Origin: an uncultured Gemmatimonadales bacterium
GTDB lineage: Bacteria > Gemmatimonadota > Gemmatimonadetes > Gemmatimonadales > GWC2-71-9
Assembly (NCBI GenBank): GCA_963795085.1
Contig: CAWCFX010000006.1
Span: forward strand, 224,001 to 288,000
DNA length: 64,000 nt
Direction of reading: 5' to 3'
In this document: one piece after another, positions 30,789 to 40,951 of the stretch
How positions within the stretch are numbered: position 1 is the first letter of the stretch
Layout: the number at the start of each line of letters is the position of its first letter
Translations under genes and position numbers: made by a program
The notes under the pieces: generated by a model
Told to the model about the DNA's origin: nothing
The model's input: only the letters and a program-made list of their open reading frames with translations
The model's database searches: none

Positions 30789-33700
30789 CTAGTTAACGGT
30801 GATGGCCCTGGTCGCCGTGGCGGTGGACACCACCCCCGGCGCGGTGGCGGTGATCGAAGCGCTTCCCGGCGTGAGGGGCCGAACGCCGACACCACCGGCC
30901 GGAATATTCGTCGGCGTGTAATAGAAGCCCAGGGCAATCTGAGCGGTTCTGGGGTTGCCGGCGCTGGTGGCATCCACCATCGTCGCCACCCCCGCCGCGG
31001 AACTGGAGAAGGTGACCACAAGGGAAGCCGGCGCGCCGGCCCGGACGTTCTGCACGGTGGTCAGGAACGCGTTGGTGCCATCCGCCGTGCCGACCCTGGC
31101 GTACACCGCCACATCGGGGGCGCCGGCCGCGATGCTGCCCGGCACCGCCTGCAGGTCCAGCGCGGCCGGCACCACCGCCTCGGTAGCCGTGCCGTTGGTG
31201 AACCCGGACGCGGAGGCGGTGATGGTTACGGTGCCCGTCTGCCCTTCGACGCCTTGGACATAGAACCCGAAGAAGGAGTTCCCGTTGCTCATCGGGATCG
31301 TAATGGACCCGGTCCCGGCGGTCGTGGCATTGGGCGACAGGAGCAGGACGCCGGGATTGGAACTGGTCAGCGTCACCGACACTCCGCCATGGTTGGACGC
31401 GCCCAGGCTGCCACTGGTGCTCTCCTGCAGCCCGCTCCCGACCCCATAGAAGTTCGAATTGACCGTGATGCCAGGCTGGCTCACGGTAACGGTCCTGCCG
31501 CTGGCCGGGGCAGGGTTGAATCCGGTAATCGCGCCGGTGATCGCGGTCGAGCCCGCCAGTACCGGCCGGAAGGCAACGCCACCCGCCGCCACGCTCGTGG
31601 GCGAGTAGTACAGCCCGACCGGGATCTGGACCTGCCGCGTGGCCCCCGAGCCCGCCAGGTCAGCGAGGACACCCACCGCGGGAACGCTGCTGGTAAACGT
31701 CACGGTCAGCGGGCCCGGCGCGCCGGCCCTGACATTCTGGACGGTGGTCAGGAAGGTGTTCTGGCCGTCCGCGGTCCCGACCCTGGCGTAGAAGGCATTC
31801 TCCGGAGACAGGGTGGTGGTGGACGCGGGAAGGCCCTGGATATCGAACGCCGGCTGGACCACCGTGAGCGGTGTGGTACCGTCGCCGAACCCGGCGGCCG
31901 ATGCGGTGATCGTCGCGGTCCCCGTCTGTCCCTCGACGCCCTGGACGTAATAGCCGAAGGAGTTGGTTCCGTTAGACATCGGAATGGTGATGGACGCCGC
32001 GCCGGGGGTGGTGGAGTTGGGCGAGAGAAGGAGCACGGCCGGGTTGGAGCTGGTCAGCGTCACCGTTACCCCGCCGTGGTTGGTGGCGCCCAGGAACCCG
32101 CCCGTGTTTTCCTGCAACCCGCTGGCCACCCCGTAGAAGAGTCCGTTCAGGGTGATCGCCGGCTGGCTCACCGTAATGGAGCGCGTCGCCGTACTGGTCG
32201 CTGTCACCCCCGGACTGGTGGCCGCAATGGTGGTGGACCCGGCGGTGAGCGGATGGAACGCCACGCCTCCCTGCGACACGGCGGTGGGCGTGTAGTACAG
32301 CCCGACGGGAATCTCCGCCATGCGGGTCGCGCCGTTGCCGGCCGAATCGGCCAGGTTGCCCACCGCGGGCGCCGAACTGGTGAAGGTCACGACCAATGGA
32401 CCGGGTGCCCCGGCGCGGACATTCTGCACCGTGGTGAGGAAGCCGTTGGACCCGTCTGCGGTGCCCACCCGCGCGTACACGATGTTGTCGGCGGACAGCG
32501 TCGTCGTGGTGCCCGGCAGGCCCTGCAGATCGAGCGCTGCCGGGACCACCGCGAATGCCATGGCGCCAGAGGTGAACCCTGTCGCCGTTGCGGTGATGGT
32601 TTCTGAGCCAGTCTGGCCTTCCACGCCCTGGACGTAGTAGGAGAAGAAGCTCTGGCCATTGGGCACACTGACATTGATGGACGCCGCGCCCGGCGTCGTC
32701 GCATTGGGCGACAGGAGGAGCACCCCGGGGTTGGAACTGGTCAGGGTCAGCGTGATGCCGCCGTGGTTCGTCGCGCCGAGGCCACCGCTGGCGGCCTCCT
32801 GGAGCCCGGCGGCGACGCCATAGAAGAGGCTGTTGAGCGTGATGGCGGGTTGCGCAACGGTGACGGACCGGGTGGCCTGGGCCAGGGTGATAACGCCGGG
32901 TGCACTCGCGGTGATGGCGGTGCTGCCGGAGGTCAGCGGGTGGAAAGCCACGCCGCCCTGGGCCACACTGGTGGGAGTGTAATACAGCCCCACCGGGATC
33001 ACCGCCGTCCTCGAGGCGGCGTTGGCAGTGGAGTCGGCGAGGTCGCCCACGGCCGGCACCGAGCTGACGAACGTGACCGTCAGGGGGCCCGGCGCACCGG
33101 CGCGGACGTTCTGGACCGTGGTCAGGAAGTTGTCGGTGCCGTCGCCGGTGCCGACCCGGGCATAGATGGCGTTGTCGGCGGAAAGCGTGGTCGTGTTGGC
33201 GGGGAGGCCCTGGAGGTCCAGGGCGGGTGTCACCACGGCCATGGCGGTCGCGCCGTTGGAGAACCCGGGTGCGCTGGCCGTAATGGTCTCCGACCCGGTC
33301 TGCCCCTCGACCCCCTGGATGTAGTAGCTGAAGAAGGCCTGGCCGCTCGGAACGCCGATAGTGATGGATGAGGTTCCCGCCGTGCTGGCATTTGGCGACA
33401 GCAGCAGCACCGCGGGATTGGAACTGGTCAGGGTCAGCGTGATGCCGCCGTGATTTGACGCGCCCAGGCTCCCGCTCGTGTTCTCCTGCAGCCCGGAGCC
33501 GACGCCATAGAAGGGCGCGTTCAGGGTAATCCCCGGGACCGGGTTCACCGTGACACTGATGCTGTCAGGCTGGATGTTCGGCGCCGTGACCAGCAGCTGG
33601 GTGGTACACGGCAGCGAGGCGCTTCCGCCGTAGGACAAGGCGGACGTTGTCGTCACCAGCCCGGTCGCGATGGTCACGGGAGATGCCGCGGCCACGCAAC

Positions 33701-35744
33701 CTGGGCTGGCGGCGGCCACCGTCACGGTGACACCCGGCGACGGTGCGGCGATGCCGGCGCCGTTGCTCTCAAATGCGACGGTAACCGTGGTACCGAAGCT
33801 GGGGTTCAGCGTAGCGGAGGCCTGCAGAATGTTGAGCGACGCCCGGGTGGTCGCCGCCGAGGTAGCGGTGGAATAGGCCTGGTTGCTGACCGTGATGGTG
33901 GCCGGACCGGGGAGGACCCCGCTTAGAGTGGCGTTGCCCGTCAGGGAACCGGCGGGGATGAAGACCGTCGGAGCCTGGACGGCAACAAAGTTGGGAGCAT
34001 CGCTCGACACATCGAAGGTCACACCGCCGGCGGGCGCCGGGCTCGCCAGCTGAATGGGCAGCGAGGCGGTCTGGCCGTACGGCACATTGAGCGAAGGCGG
34101 CAGGCTGATCGAGCGGTCCTGCACATCCACGGTCAGGGTGCCTTCGGTGAACCCGCTCGCGTTGCCCCGTATGGTGGTGCTGCCCACGGCGAGGCCGTTC
34201 AGGGCGACGGTGCCCGCCGTCTGGTTCTGGGGGATCACCACGGTGCCGCCACCGCTCACCGAGACCGTCCCCGGCGCGTCGCTGGTGACGGTCACCGTTA
34301 CCCCGCCGGCTCCCGCCGGCTGGCTGAGGCCCACCTGAACCGTGGCGGAGAGACCGACCCCAACCCCGGGCACGCCGGAGAAGGACAGGAGCACCGAGGG
34401 CGTGGCAAAGGTGGCGGTCGCGTTGAAAACAGCGGGCGAGAGCGCCAGGACCGACGCCGTCAGCGACTGCGGCGCCTGGTTGGTGCCCAGGGTCCAGGTC
34501 GTCTGGGCCCGACCCGCCCCGTCGGTTACCGAGCTGGCGGGCGCCACGTTCCCCTGGGCCGCCGACCAGTTGACCGTGGCGCCCGGCACCGGGATACCAG
34601 ACTGGTCTCGCACCTCCACGACCAGCGGGTTGGGCAGCGCGGTGCCGTTGGGGGCCGTCTGGTTGTTTCCGGCGATGATGACCACCGTATCGGCCGGGCC
34701 AGGACCGCCCCCGCCGGTCACCGTCGCGGCAAAGGTGACCGGGGAGCCCGCGAGGTTGGTTCCCGAGGCGGACACCTGCACCGCGCCGGCGGTGCCGCCC
34801 GCGGTGAGCGTGGTCTGAGCGAACCCCTGGTTGTCGGCGAGGACGCTGAGCGGCGCCACCGAGGTTCCCGGCGGCCCGCTCACCACCGCGAAATCCACCT
34901 GGTACCCCAGCGGATACGGGTTGCCGGCGGCGTCTCGCACCTGCACCACCAGCGGCGCGGCCGCCGGGGCCCCGGCGGCGACCGTCTGGTTGTTGCCGGA
35001 ACTGAGGACCAGTTGGCCGGGCGGCGGCGCGAAACTCAGCCGCCGGGAAGTGGTCCGCCCGGTTGGCGTTTCGGCAATGACATCCACCGAGTCGGTCAGG
35101 GTGAGCGGGGCCCGGATCCAGGCCCCATCTACCCCGGTCGGCACAATCTGATTGAGCTTGAGACTATCGCTGGAACGGAATCCGACCGGCACGCCGGGGA
35201 CGACAACGCCGCCCTGCCAGACCTGGGCGGTGGCCAGCACGCTGTCTCCACCGGGGACCGCCGTCTGCGACAGGACCATGCTGACGCTGTCGGCCAGAGC
35301 CCCGGGCCCGACATAGACAGCGGTCATCCGCGGTGTCGCGGTACTCTGGCTGGCCCGCACCGTAACGGTGCCGTTCACCTCGTAGTAGGTGATCCCGCCG
35401 CCTTCGGTCCCCACGTAGAAATCAAACGTCTCGCTGGCGTCTCGCAGGTCGATCGTGAGGGTGATCGCCAGGGTGTCCAGGTTGGCGCGGATCGCGGCCG
35501 CGTTCACCCAGATGGCCCGGTTGTAGGCATAGCTGCTGTCGGCCCGCCGAAGGCGAACCCGCACGGAATCAAGCGGAATGGGGATGTCGGCCCGGGTCCG
35601 GACCAGGCCGGTAAGGTCCATCGCGGTGGTGACGGGGATACCAGACCCGGTGCCGACCGAATCGGAGCAGGTGGATACCAGCATGACGAGCCCGACAACC
35701 AGCCCAGACTTGCCGAGCCCGCGCACCAGGTTCCTCACGCTCAC
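30789..35744 (-). CDS. Large lipoprotein adhesin / surface protein with Ig-like domains
   Basis: Signal ending in STC; two invasin/Big_1-like units (GNNQT..PLVV.VRD..G.P); T/S/A/V/G-rich; four C-terminal 229-aa repeats. Confidence 0.85.
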   Translation of the reverse strand: MSVRNLVRGLGKSGLVVGLVMLVSTCSDSVGTGSGIPVTTAMDLTGLVRTRADIPIPLDSVRVRLRRADSSYAYNRAIWVNAAAIRANLDTLAITLTIDLRDASETFDFYVGTEGGGITYYEVNGTVTVRASQSTATPRMTAVYVGPGALADSVSMVLSQTAVPGGDSVLATAQVWQGGVVVPGVPVGFRSSDSLKLNQIVPTGVDGAWIRAPLTLTDSVDVIAETPTGRTTSRRLSFAPPPGQLVLSSGNNQTVAAGAPAAAPLVVQVRDAAGNPYPLGYQVDFAVVSGPPGTSVAPLSVLADNQGFAQTTLTAGGTAGAVQVSASGTNLAGSPVTFAATVTGGGGPGPADTVVIIAGNNQTAPNGTALPNPLVVEVRDQSGIPVPGATVNWSAAQGNVAPASSVTDGAGRAQTTWTLGTNQAPQSLTASVLALSPAVFNATATFATPSVLLSFSGVPGVGVGLSATVQVGLSQPAGAGGVTVTVTSDAPGTVSVSGGGTVVIPQNQTAGTVALNGLAVGSTTIRGNASGFTEGTLTVDVQDRSISLPPSLNVPYGQTASLPIQLASPAPAGGVTFDVSSDAPNFVAVQAPTVFIPAGSLTGNATLSGVLPGPATITVSNQAYSTATSAATTRASLNILQASATLNPSFGTTVTVAFESNGAGIAAPSPGVTVTVAAASPGCVAAASPVTIATGLVTTTSALSYGGSASLPCTTQLLVTAPNIQPDSISVTVNPVPGITLNAPFYGVGSGLQENTSGSLGASNHGGITLTLTSSNPAVLLLSPNASTAGTSSITIGVPSGQAFFSYYIQGVEGQTGSETITASAPGFSNGATAMAVVTPALDLQGLPANTTTLSADNAIYARVGTGDGTDNFLTTVQNVRAGAPGPLTVTFVSSVPAVGDLADSTANAASRTAVIPVGLYYTPTSVAQGGVAFHPLTSGSTAITASAPGVITLAQATRSVTVAQPAITLNSLFYGVAAGLQEAASGGLGATNHGGITLTLTSSNPGVLLLSPNATTPGAASINVSVPNGQSFFSYYVQGVEGQTGSETITATATGFTSGAMAFAVVPAALDLQGLPGTTTTLSADNIVYARVGTADGSNGFLTTVQNVRAGAPGPLVVTFTSSAPAVGNLADSAGNGATRMAEIPVGLYYTPTAVSQGGVAFHPLTAGSTTIAATSPGVTATSTATRSITVSQPAITLNGLFYGVASGLQENTGGFLGATNHGGVTVTLTSSNPAVLLLSPNSTTPGAASITIPMSNGTNSFGYYVQGVEGQTGTATITASAAGFGDGTTPLTVVQPAFDIQGLPASTTTLSPENAFYARVGTADGQNTFLTTVQNVRAGAPGPLTVTFTSSVPAVGVLADLAGSGATRQVQIPVGLYYSPTSVAAGGVAFRPVLAGSTAITGAITGFNPAPASGRTVTVSQPGITVNSNFYGVGSGLQESTSGSLGASNHGGVSVTLTSSNPGVLLLSPNATTAGTGSITIPMSNGNSFFGFYVQGVEGQTGTVTITASASGFTNGTATEAVVPAALDLQAVPGSIAAGAPDVAVYARVGTADGTNAFLTTVQNVRAGAPASLVVTFSSSAAGVATMVDATSAGNPRTAQIALGFYYTPTNIPAGGVGVRPLTPGSASITATAPGVVSTATATRAITVN
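30792..33536 (-). repeat. Four tandem intragenic repeats with 687-bp period
   Basis: GLQE codons recur at 33483, 32796, 32109 and 31422. Confidence 0.92.
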
Positions 35745-35789
35745 GCCCTCGCGATTGACGACGGACTCTCTGAAGGGGGATGCTGCTGG

Positions 35790-35818
35790 AACCTACGGGT
35801 CGGCTCTGGCGGTGTCAA
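35790..35818 (-). promoter_or_regulatory. Sigma-70 promoter for the adhesin gene
   Basis: TTGACA-N17-TAGGTT, about 45 nt upstream of the GTG. Confidence 0.6.
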
Positions 35819-35857
35819 CGAAGTGGCGGCCGCGCAACAGGCGAACCGCGGGCCGGC

Positions 35858-38239
35858 TCAGGAATGGAGGGTGGAACGGACCAGCCGGGGGCCCACGACG
35901 TCCCCCTGCTGCAGCAGGTCCTCGACCTCAAAGGGCTTGAGGGGATGGGCCAGCAGGTAACCCTGCCCCCAGTCGCACCCGAGCGCCCGCAACTGGTGGA
36001 ACTGGGCCTCGGTCTCGATGCCCTCGGCCACCACCTTCATCCCCAGGTTACGGGCCAGCGTAATGATGGTCCGGGCGATTTCGGAGTTCTCGCCGGCCAC
36101 GCCGAGCTGGCTGATAAAGGAGCGGTCGATCTTCAGGGCGTCAATCGCAAATCGCTGGAGGTAGTTGAGCGAGGAGTACCCGGTGCCGAAGTCATCGATC
36201 TGCACCTGGATGCCCGACTGCTTGAGCTGCCGGAGCGTCAGCACACTGGCTTCGGCGTAATCCATCAGGGCCGATTCCGTGATCTCCAGCTTCAGGGCCT
36301 GCGGCGAGAGTCCGGTCCCGGCCACGATCTCGACCACCCGCTCGTGCAGGCCGTCCAGCCGGAAGAGGCGGGCCGACAGATTGACGCTGATGCTGAGATC
36401 ATGGTACTCGGGGAACCGTTCCTGCCAGGACCGCATCTGGCGGCAGGCCTCGCCCAGCACCCACCAGCCGATGGGCACGATGAGCCCGGTTTCTTCCGCC
36501 GTCGCGATGAACTCGCTGGGGCTGATGATGCCACGCTGCGGGTGGTGCCACCGGATGAGGGCCTCGAAGCCGACCAGCCGGCCGCTCTCGAGGTCGACGA
36601 TGGGCTGGTAGTCGAGCAGGAACTCCGCCCGCTCCACGGCGCGCCGCAGATCGGTCTCCAGGTGCAGCAGGGTCAGCACGTCGGCGTGCATGGCCTTCTG
36701 GAATACCTCGTGGCGGGCCTTCCCGCCCGACTTGGCCCGGTACATCGCGGTGTCGGCATCCCGGAGCAACTGCTCGGCCCGGGCATAGTCGGCGTCGCCG
36801 TGGGCGATGCCGATGCTGGCGGACGTGTAAACATCCTGGCCGCCGATGTTGAACGGGTGCTCCAACTCCGCATGAATCCGGCCGGCCACCTGACTGGCCT
36901 CCTCCAGGTCGCGCAGGTCCTCGAGCAGAATGGTGAACTCGTCGCCGCCCAGCCGAGACACCGTGTCGCCGGGACGGACACACCGCTCCATCCGGCGGGC
37001 GAACTCGACCAGGAGCCGGTCGCCCAGCAGGTGGCCCAGGCTGTCGTTGACCACCTTGAAGCGGTCAAGATCCAGGAACAGCACGGCGAAAATTTCATCG
37101 GGACGACGCCGGGCCCGGGCCAGCGCGTGCTCCAGCCGGTCGGTAAACAGGGTGCGGTTAGGCAGGCCGGTCAGGCCATCGTGCAGGGCATCGTGCTGCA
37201 GCTGGCGCTCATACAGCTTGCGCTCGCTGATATCGGTCTGGGATCCGGCCATCCGGTACGCGGATCCCTCCTCGTCCCGGAGGACGATGCCCCGGACCAG
37301 CATCCACCGGTACACCCCGTCCGCCATGCGCATCCGGTGCTCGCTCTCGAGGTGGGCTCCCCCGCCGTCGATATGCACGGCAATCTCGGCCCGCACCCGG
37401 TCCCGGTCCTCGGGATGCACCCGTGAAAACCAGTCCTCGGGGTCGGTCGAGGTCTGGTGCTCCGGCAATCCCAGCATCGCCTTCCAGCGGGGCGAGAAGT
37501 AGATCTCCCCGGTGCGGAAGTTCCAGTCCCAGAGCCCGTCACTGGATCCCCGTGCCGCCAGGGCATAGCGCTCCTCGCTCTCCCGCAACGCCTGTTCGAC
37601 TTTCCGGCGGTGGGTGATATCCCGGTAACTCCCGTACACCGCCACCTGGATGCCGTTGACCAGGATAGGCGTGCCCAGGATGGAAACGTCCACCAGCCCG
37701 CCGTCCCGGCGGCGCCGGACGGTTTCCATGCTGATGCGCTTGCCGCGGGCCGCGTGCTCGGTCAGCGTACTGGCTTCCGCATGGAGCTCGCTGGGGGCCA
37801 GGACATCGTCGACCGACTGTCCCCGCACTTCCTCCGAGCTATATCCGAACAGGTCGGTGAAATGGGAATTCACCCGGAGAATGCGGCTGTCATTTCCGAC
37901 CAGGACCAGCGCATCCGGGGCGCTCTCGAACAGCTGCTCCAGCGAGGCTTTCTCCAGATTGAGGGCGGTGGAGAGTTCCCGCTGCTCGCTCAAGAATCCA
38001 TCGAGAAAAAACACCACCAGCAGGGCAAGCGCACTCACAAGGAGGTGGGCGATTTCGCCCGCGTGCAGAGGAACGGCAGACTCGAGAACGAGGGTGAGGG
38101 GCAGGATGGTCCCCGGGAGGGCCATGACCGCCAGCAAGCCGGAAAGGAGGCCCATCCGCCAATCCCGGTGCCGACGCCAGAGCATAAGAGAGAGCCCCAG
38201 GGCACCGACCCGGAAGATGAACGAAAGTACCCCTATCAT
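35858..38239 (-). CDS. Membrane-anchored PAS-PAS-GGDEF-EAL c-di-GMP enzyme
   Basis: Three N-terminal hydrophobic segments, two PAS/PAC domains, [33 protein letters not shown]. Confidence 0.95.
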   Translation of the reverse strand: MIGVLSFIFRVGALGLSLMLWRRHRDWRMGLLSGLLAVMALPGTILPLTLVLESAVPLHAGEIAHLLVSALALLVVFFLDGFLSEQRELSTALNLEKASLEQLFESAPDALVLVGNDSRILRVNSHFTDLFGYSSEEVRGQSVDDVLAPSELHAEASTLTEHAARGKRISMETVRRRRDGGLVDVSILGTPILVNGIQVAVYGSYRDITHRRKVEQALRESEERYALAARGSSDGLWDWNFRTGEIYFSPRWKAMLGLPEHQTSTDPEDWFSRVHPEDRDRVRAEIAVHIDGGGAHLESEHRMRMADGVYRWMLVRGIVLRDEEGSAYRMAGSQTDISERKLYERQLQHDALHDGLTGLPNRTLFTDRLEHALARARRRPDEIFAVLFLDLDRFKVVNDSLGHLLGDRLLVEFARRMERCVRPGDTVSRLGGDEFTILLEDLRDLEEASQVAGRIHAELEHPFNIGGQDVYTSASIGIAHGDADYARAEQLLRDADTAMYRAKSGGKARHEVFQKAMHADVLTLLHLETDLRRAVERAEFLLDYQPIVDLESGRLVGFEALIRWHHPQRGIISPSEFIATAEETGLIVPIGWWVLGEACRQMRSWQERFPEYHDLSISVNLSARLFRLDGLHERVVEIVAGTGLSPQALKLEITESALMDYAEASVLTLRQLKQSGIQVQIDDFGTGYSSLNYLQRFAIDALKIDRSFISQLGVAGENSEIARTIITLARNLGMKVVAEGIETEAQFHQLRALGCDWGQGYLLAHPLKPFEVEDLLQQGDVVGPRLVRSTLHS

Positions 38240-38432
38240 CGACTGGTCCCGCGACAGTATGCAATATCGTGCTGCACCATATCCTCTAAAGCTTAGATGA
38301 GCCAGAGGTTAGCCACGGGTGAACAGGCATTAAACAGCAAAGGGTGGGCCAGTGGGGGGAGGCGGGAACGAGGCACTTGGGGGCGGAAGACGACCAGCAC
38401 GGGGGGGCGAAACGCCAGTAGGGCTTCGAACC

Positions 38433-38732
38433 TCAGTTACGAAGGTAATGAATACTCAGTCGGGCCCACTGGGGCCGGTTGGCGGCTTCGGTTGGCGGGT
38501 CCACACGAAGGGAGACCCGAGTGAGGGAAGTTTCCACCGGATGTACGGAAGCCTGGCCAGCGGCGAGGCGGGTCGCCAGCTCCCGCGCGGACCGGAGACC
38601 GGACCATGCGGCCTCGGTTTCCACAACCCGAGCGGTCGCTTGCATGCTGCCAGAACGCTGTGCCGCTACAGGTTGGCTATCCAGCGTTAATGCGATCGCC
38701 AAGCCGCCCAACAACCAAACCATCCGTTTCAC
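38433..38732 (-). CDS. Small secreted protein with a pilin-like N-terminal strand
   Basis: AAAGGA RBS, signal peptide ending VAA, mature start QRSGSMQATARVV. Confidence 0.65.
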   Translation of the reverse strand: MKRMVWLLGGLAIALTLDSQPVAAQRSGSMQATARVVETEAAWSGLRSARELATRLAAGQASVHPVETSLTRVSLRVDPPTEAANRPQWARLSIHYLRN

Positions 38733-39000
38733 GATAGATCCTTTGCCGGATGCCAGCCGGGGGAGGCCGCATCGCCCTGACCCAAGGGCAGAATGCGTGC
38801 TCACCGGAGTCATTTCGTTCAACTGTGTATGGACCAATAACTTATCAACTCCGGGAAACCGGGTAAATAGATCGGAAAAGTGTCGATATTCTTTTCGATG
38901 GCCATTCACAGCCAGGTAGTTTTACCGTAAGCGTATACGGGGGCTACCGTTCTCTGCATCCGTATAAACTCTATACATCACTGTAAAAACTAGTCGGGGT

Positions 39001-39015
39001 TGGCACACCGCTTGC
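39001..39015 (+). promoter_or_regulatory. Sigma-54 promoter of pilin 1
   Basis: TGGCACACCGCTTGC matches TGGCAC-N5-TTGC exactly. Confidence 0.85.
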
Positions 39016-39093
39016 CCAGCCTGCCCCCGTCGGCGAGACCCGGCACGGCCGACTTCTCCGCAGGCTCACACCATTATCCAAGGGAGTCAGGAC

Positions 39094-39594
39094 ATGCGTA
39101 TCATCACCCGAGTCGTTGTCGGTCTCGCCGCTGTGGCCATGCTGGCCACCGTGACCGCAAACGCGCAGACCCAGACCGGCGCCGTTTCCGCGCTGGCCAA
39201 CGTGCAGCAGCCGATCAACGTCGCCGGCGCCGTCGACCTCGACTTCGGCAACGTCTTCCCCGGCGTCAACAAGACCATCGGGGTAGCCGCCGCGACGGCC
39301 GGCCGCTTCGACGTAACCGGCCAGGGCGCCGCGCCGGTGCTCATCAGCTTTGTCCTGCCCGCCAACCTCACCTCCGGCGCCAACAACCTGCCGATCGGCA
39401 CCTGGACCGGACACCACAACACAGTGAACGCCCCGGCGGGTGGAACCAATTTCACGCCGTCGGCGGCTACCACCAACTCGGCCTTCAGCGCGGGCGGCAA
39501 CCTGTTCGTCTTCGTCGGTGCCTCCGTCACCCCGGCTTCCAACCAGGCGGCGGGCGGATACAGCGGCACCGTGCAGATGACCGTGACGTACTAA
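39094..39594 (+). CDS. DUF4402 / Csu-SCPU-like pilin subunit 1 (probable major subunit)
   Basis: Signal peptide, alternating N-terminal strand, DLDFG, FVGASV, GGYSGTVQMTVTY C-terminus. Confidence 0.8.
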   Translation: MRIITRVVVGLAAVAMLATVTANAQTQTGAVSALANVQQPINVAGAVDLDFGNVFPGVNKTIGVAAATAGRFDVTGQGAAPVLISFVLPANLTSGANNLPIGTWTGHHNTVNAPAGGTNFTPSAATTNSAFSAGGNLFVFVGASVTPASNQAAGGYSGTVQMTVTY

Positions 39595-39621
39595 CGAAAC
39601 CAGATCGCCCCCTGGACCAGT

Positions 39622-39663
39622 CGCCGGCCGGAGCCTCCGTGGCTTCGGCCGGCGCTGTCTTTC
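39622..39663 (+). terminator. Stem-loop after pilin 1
   Basis: cgccggccggagcc-tccgt-ggcttcggccggcg then ctgtctttc. Confidence 0.6.
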
Positions 39664-39852
39664 TCGAGCCGATATCACCAGGCCGGTGCATTTCGAAGGA
39701 TTTCTCTCAGGGTGCGTGGGGGGATGCTTACTGTTGTAACATTTGACACCACGGAAACGCTGAGAGCCAAGAAAACACTCCTAACCCATTATGGAAGCTA
39801 GTTATCGGCAACCATGTCGAAGGGCGATACAACTGACGTTCTCATGTATGGT

Positions 39853-39867
39853 TGGCATACACTTTGC
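39853..39867 (+). promoter_or_regulatory. Sigma-54 promoter of the pilin 2 operon
   Basis: TGGCATACACTTTGC = GG-N10-GC. Confidence 0.8.
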
Positions 39868-39917
39868 CAAGATACTGGTCAGCCCGACCTTTTTCCGCCC
39901 CCTGAAGGAATGACTGA

Positions 39918-40415
39918 ATGAGCACTCTGCGCATCCCCCTGCGCGTCGTCATGCTGGCCTCGGCCCTTTCGACTCCATGCCTGGCCCAGACGCAATCGGC
40001 AAACATCCTGGCCACCGCCACGGTCATGCAGCCCATCAATGTCGCGGGAGCCACCAATCTGGCATTCGGAAGTGTCTTCCCCGGATTGGCGCGGACCATC
40101 GCGGTCAACGCCGCGGGTGCCGGCCGGTTTGATGTCACCGGCCAGGCGAGCGCGCCGGTCTTTGTCTCCTTTGTCCTCCCGGCCAACCTGACTTCGGGTG
40201 CCAATACCTTGCCGATCGGATCCTGGACCGGCCACCGGAATACCGTCAACAACCCAACGACGGGGACCAGTTTTACGCCCTCGGCCGCGACCACCGCGGC
40301 GACCTTCAGCGGGACCGGCCAGCTCTTTGTATTTGTCGGTGCTACCGTGACTCCGGCCACCAGCCAGACGGCCGGCGTCTACAACGGCACGATCCAGATG
40401 ACGGTGACCTATTGA
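39918..40415 (+). CDS. DUF4402-like pilin subunit 2, close paralogue of subunit 1
   Basis: Shares QPINVAGA, AGRFDVTGQ, SFVLPANLTSGAN, FTPSAATT, QMTVTY with pilin 1. Confidence 0.8.
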   Translation: MSTLRIPLRVVMLASALSTPCLAQTQSANILATATVMQPINVAGATNLAFGSVFPGLARTIAVNAAGAGRFDVTGQASAPVFVSFVLPANLTSGANTLPIGSWTGHRNTVNNPTTGTSFTPSAATTAATFSGTGQLFVFVGATVTPATSQTAGVYNGTIQMTVTY

Positions 40416-40492
40416 TTGACTCGGGGGGCCCCGCGGCCGGCAGGCCGGTATTCCTCTATCGGTGCGAAGCGACCGGGGCCCAAGGACAACAC

Positions 40493-40951
40493 ATGGCGAG
40501 AATGTTGTGGATTCTGCTGGCCCTGATCACCTGCACCGCGGCCGCGGCCTCGGGCCAGTTAACCGTGTCCGGGCTGCGTAACCTGGCTTTCGGTCCGGTG
40601 ATCCAGGGGTTGAACAGCAGCGTCCCGCCCAGCGATCCCGTCAAGAGCGGGCAGTTCGAGTTCATCGTGCCGATCGGCAGCCGGGTCCGGGTGCAGTTCA
40701 CGCTGCCCAACCGCCTGAACGGCCCCGGCGGAGCGCGGATGAACATCCAGTTCGCGAACAATGATGCCATTGCCCTGGGACAGGCGCCGTCCAGTACGCC
40801 GGTCACGTTCAACCCCCGGGCTCCCCAGACATTCAACGTTGTCTCAAGTAACCGGATCTGGGTCTTCCTTGGGGGGACAGTAACCCCAGCGGCGAACCAG
40901 GCCACCGGCAACTACAGCAATACAGTCACCCTGACAGTGACGGTCCTCTAG
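40493..40951 (+). CDS. DUF4402-like pilin subunit 3, lacking the N-terminal extension
   Basis: Signal peptide then QLTVSGLRNLAFG, FLGGTVTP, GNYSNTVTLTV. Confidence 0.75.
   Translation: MARMLWILLALITCTAAAASGQLTVSGLRNLAFGPVIQGLNSSVPPSDPVKSGQFEFIVPIGSRVRVQFTLPNRLNGPGGARMNIQFANNDAIALGQAPSSTPVTFNPRAPQTFNVVSSNRIWVFLGGTVTPAANQATGNYSNTVTLTVTVL

Noticed and set aside
29820..32606. 928-aa plus-strand ORF with apparent repeats
   Set aside because: Its periodicity just mirrors the adhesin repeats on the other strand; Arg/Gly-rich shadow composition
35745..35857. c-di-GMP riboswitch before the adhesin
   Set aside because: No GEMM-type motif recognised; a sigma-70 promoter leaves only a short leader
38864..38889. 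Sigma-28-like promoter TAAA-N14-GTCGATAT upstream of pilin 1
   Set aside because: Spacing is one base short of consensus, and a perfect sigma-54 element lies closer to the gene
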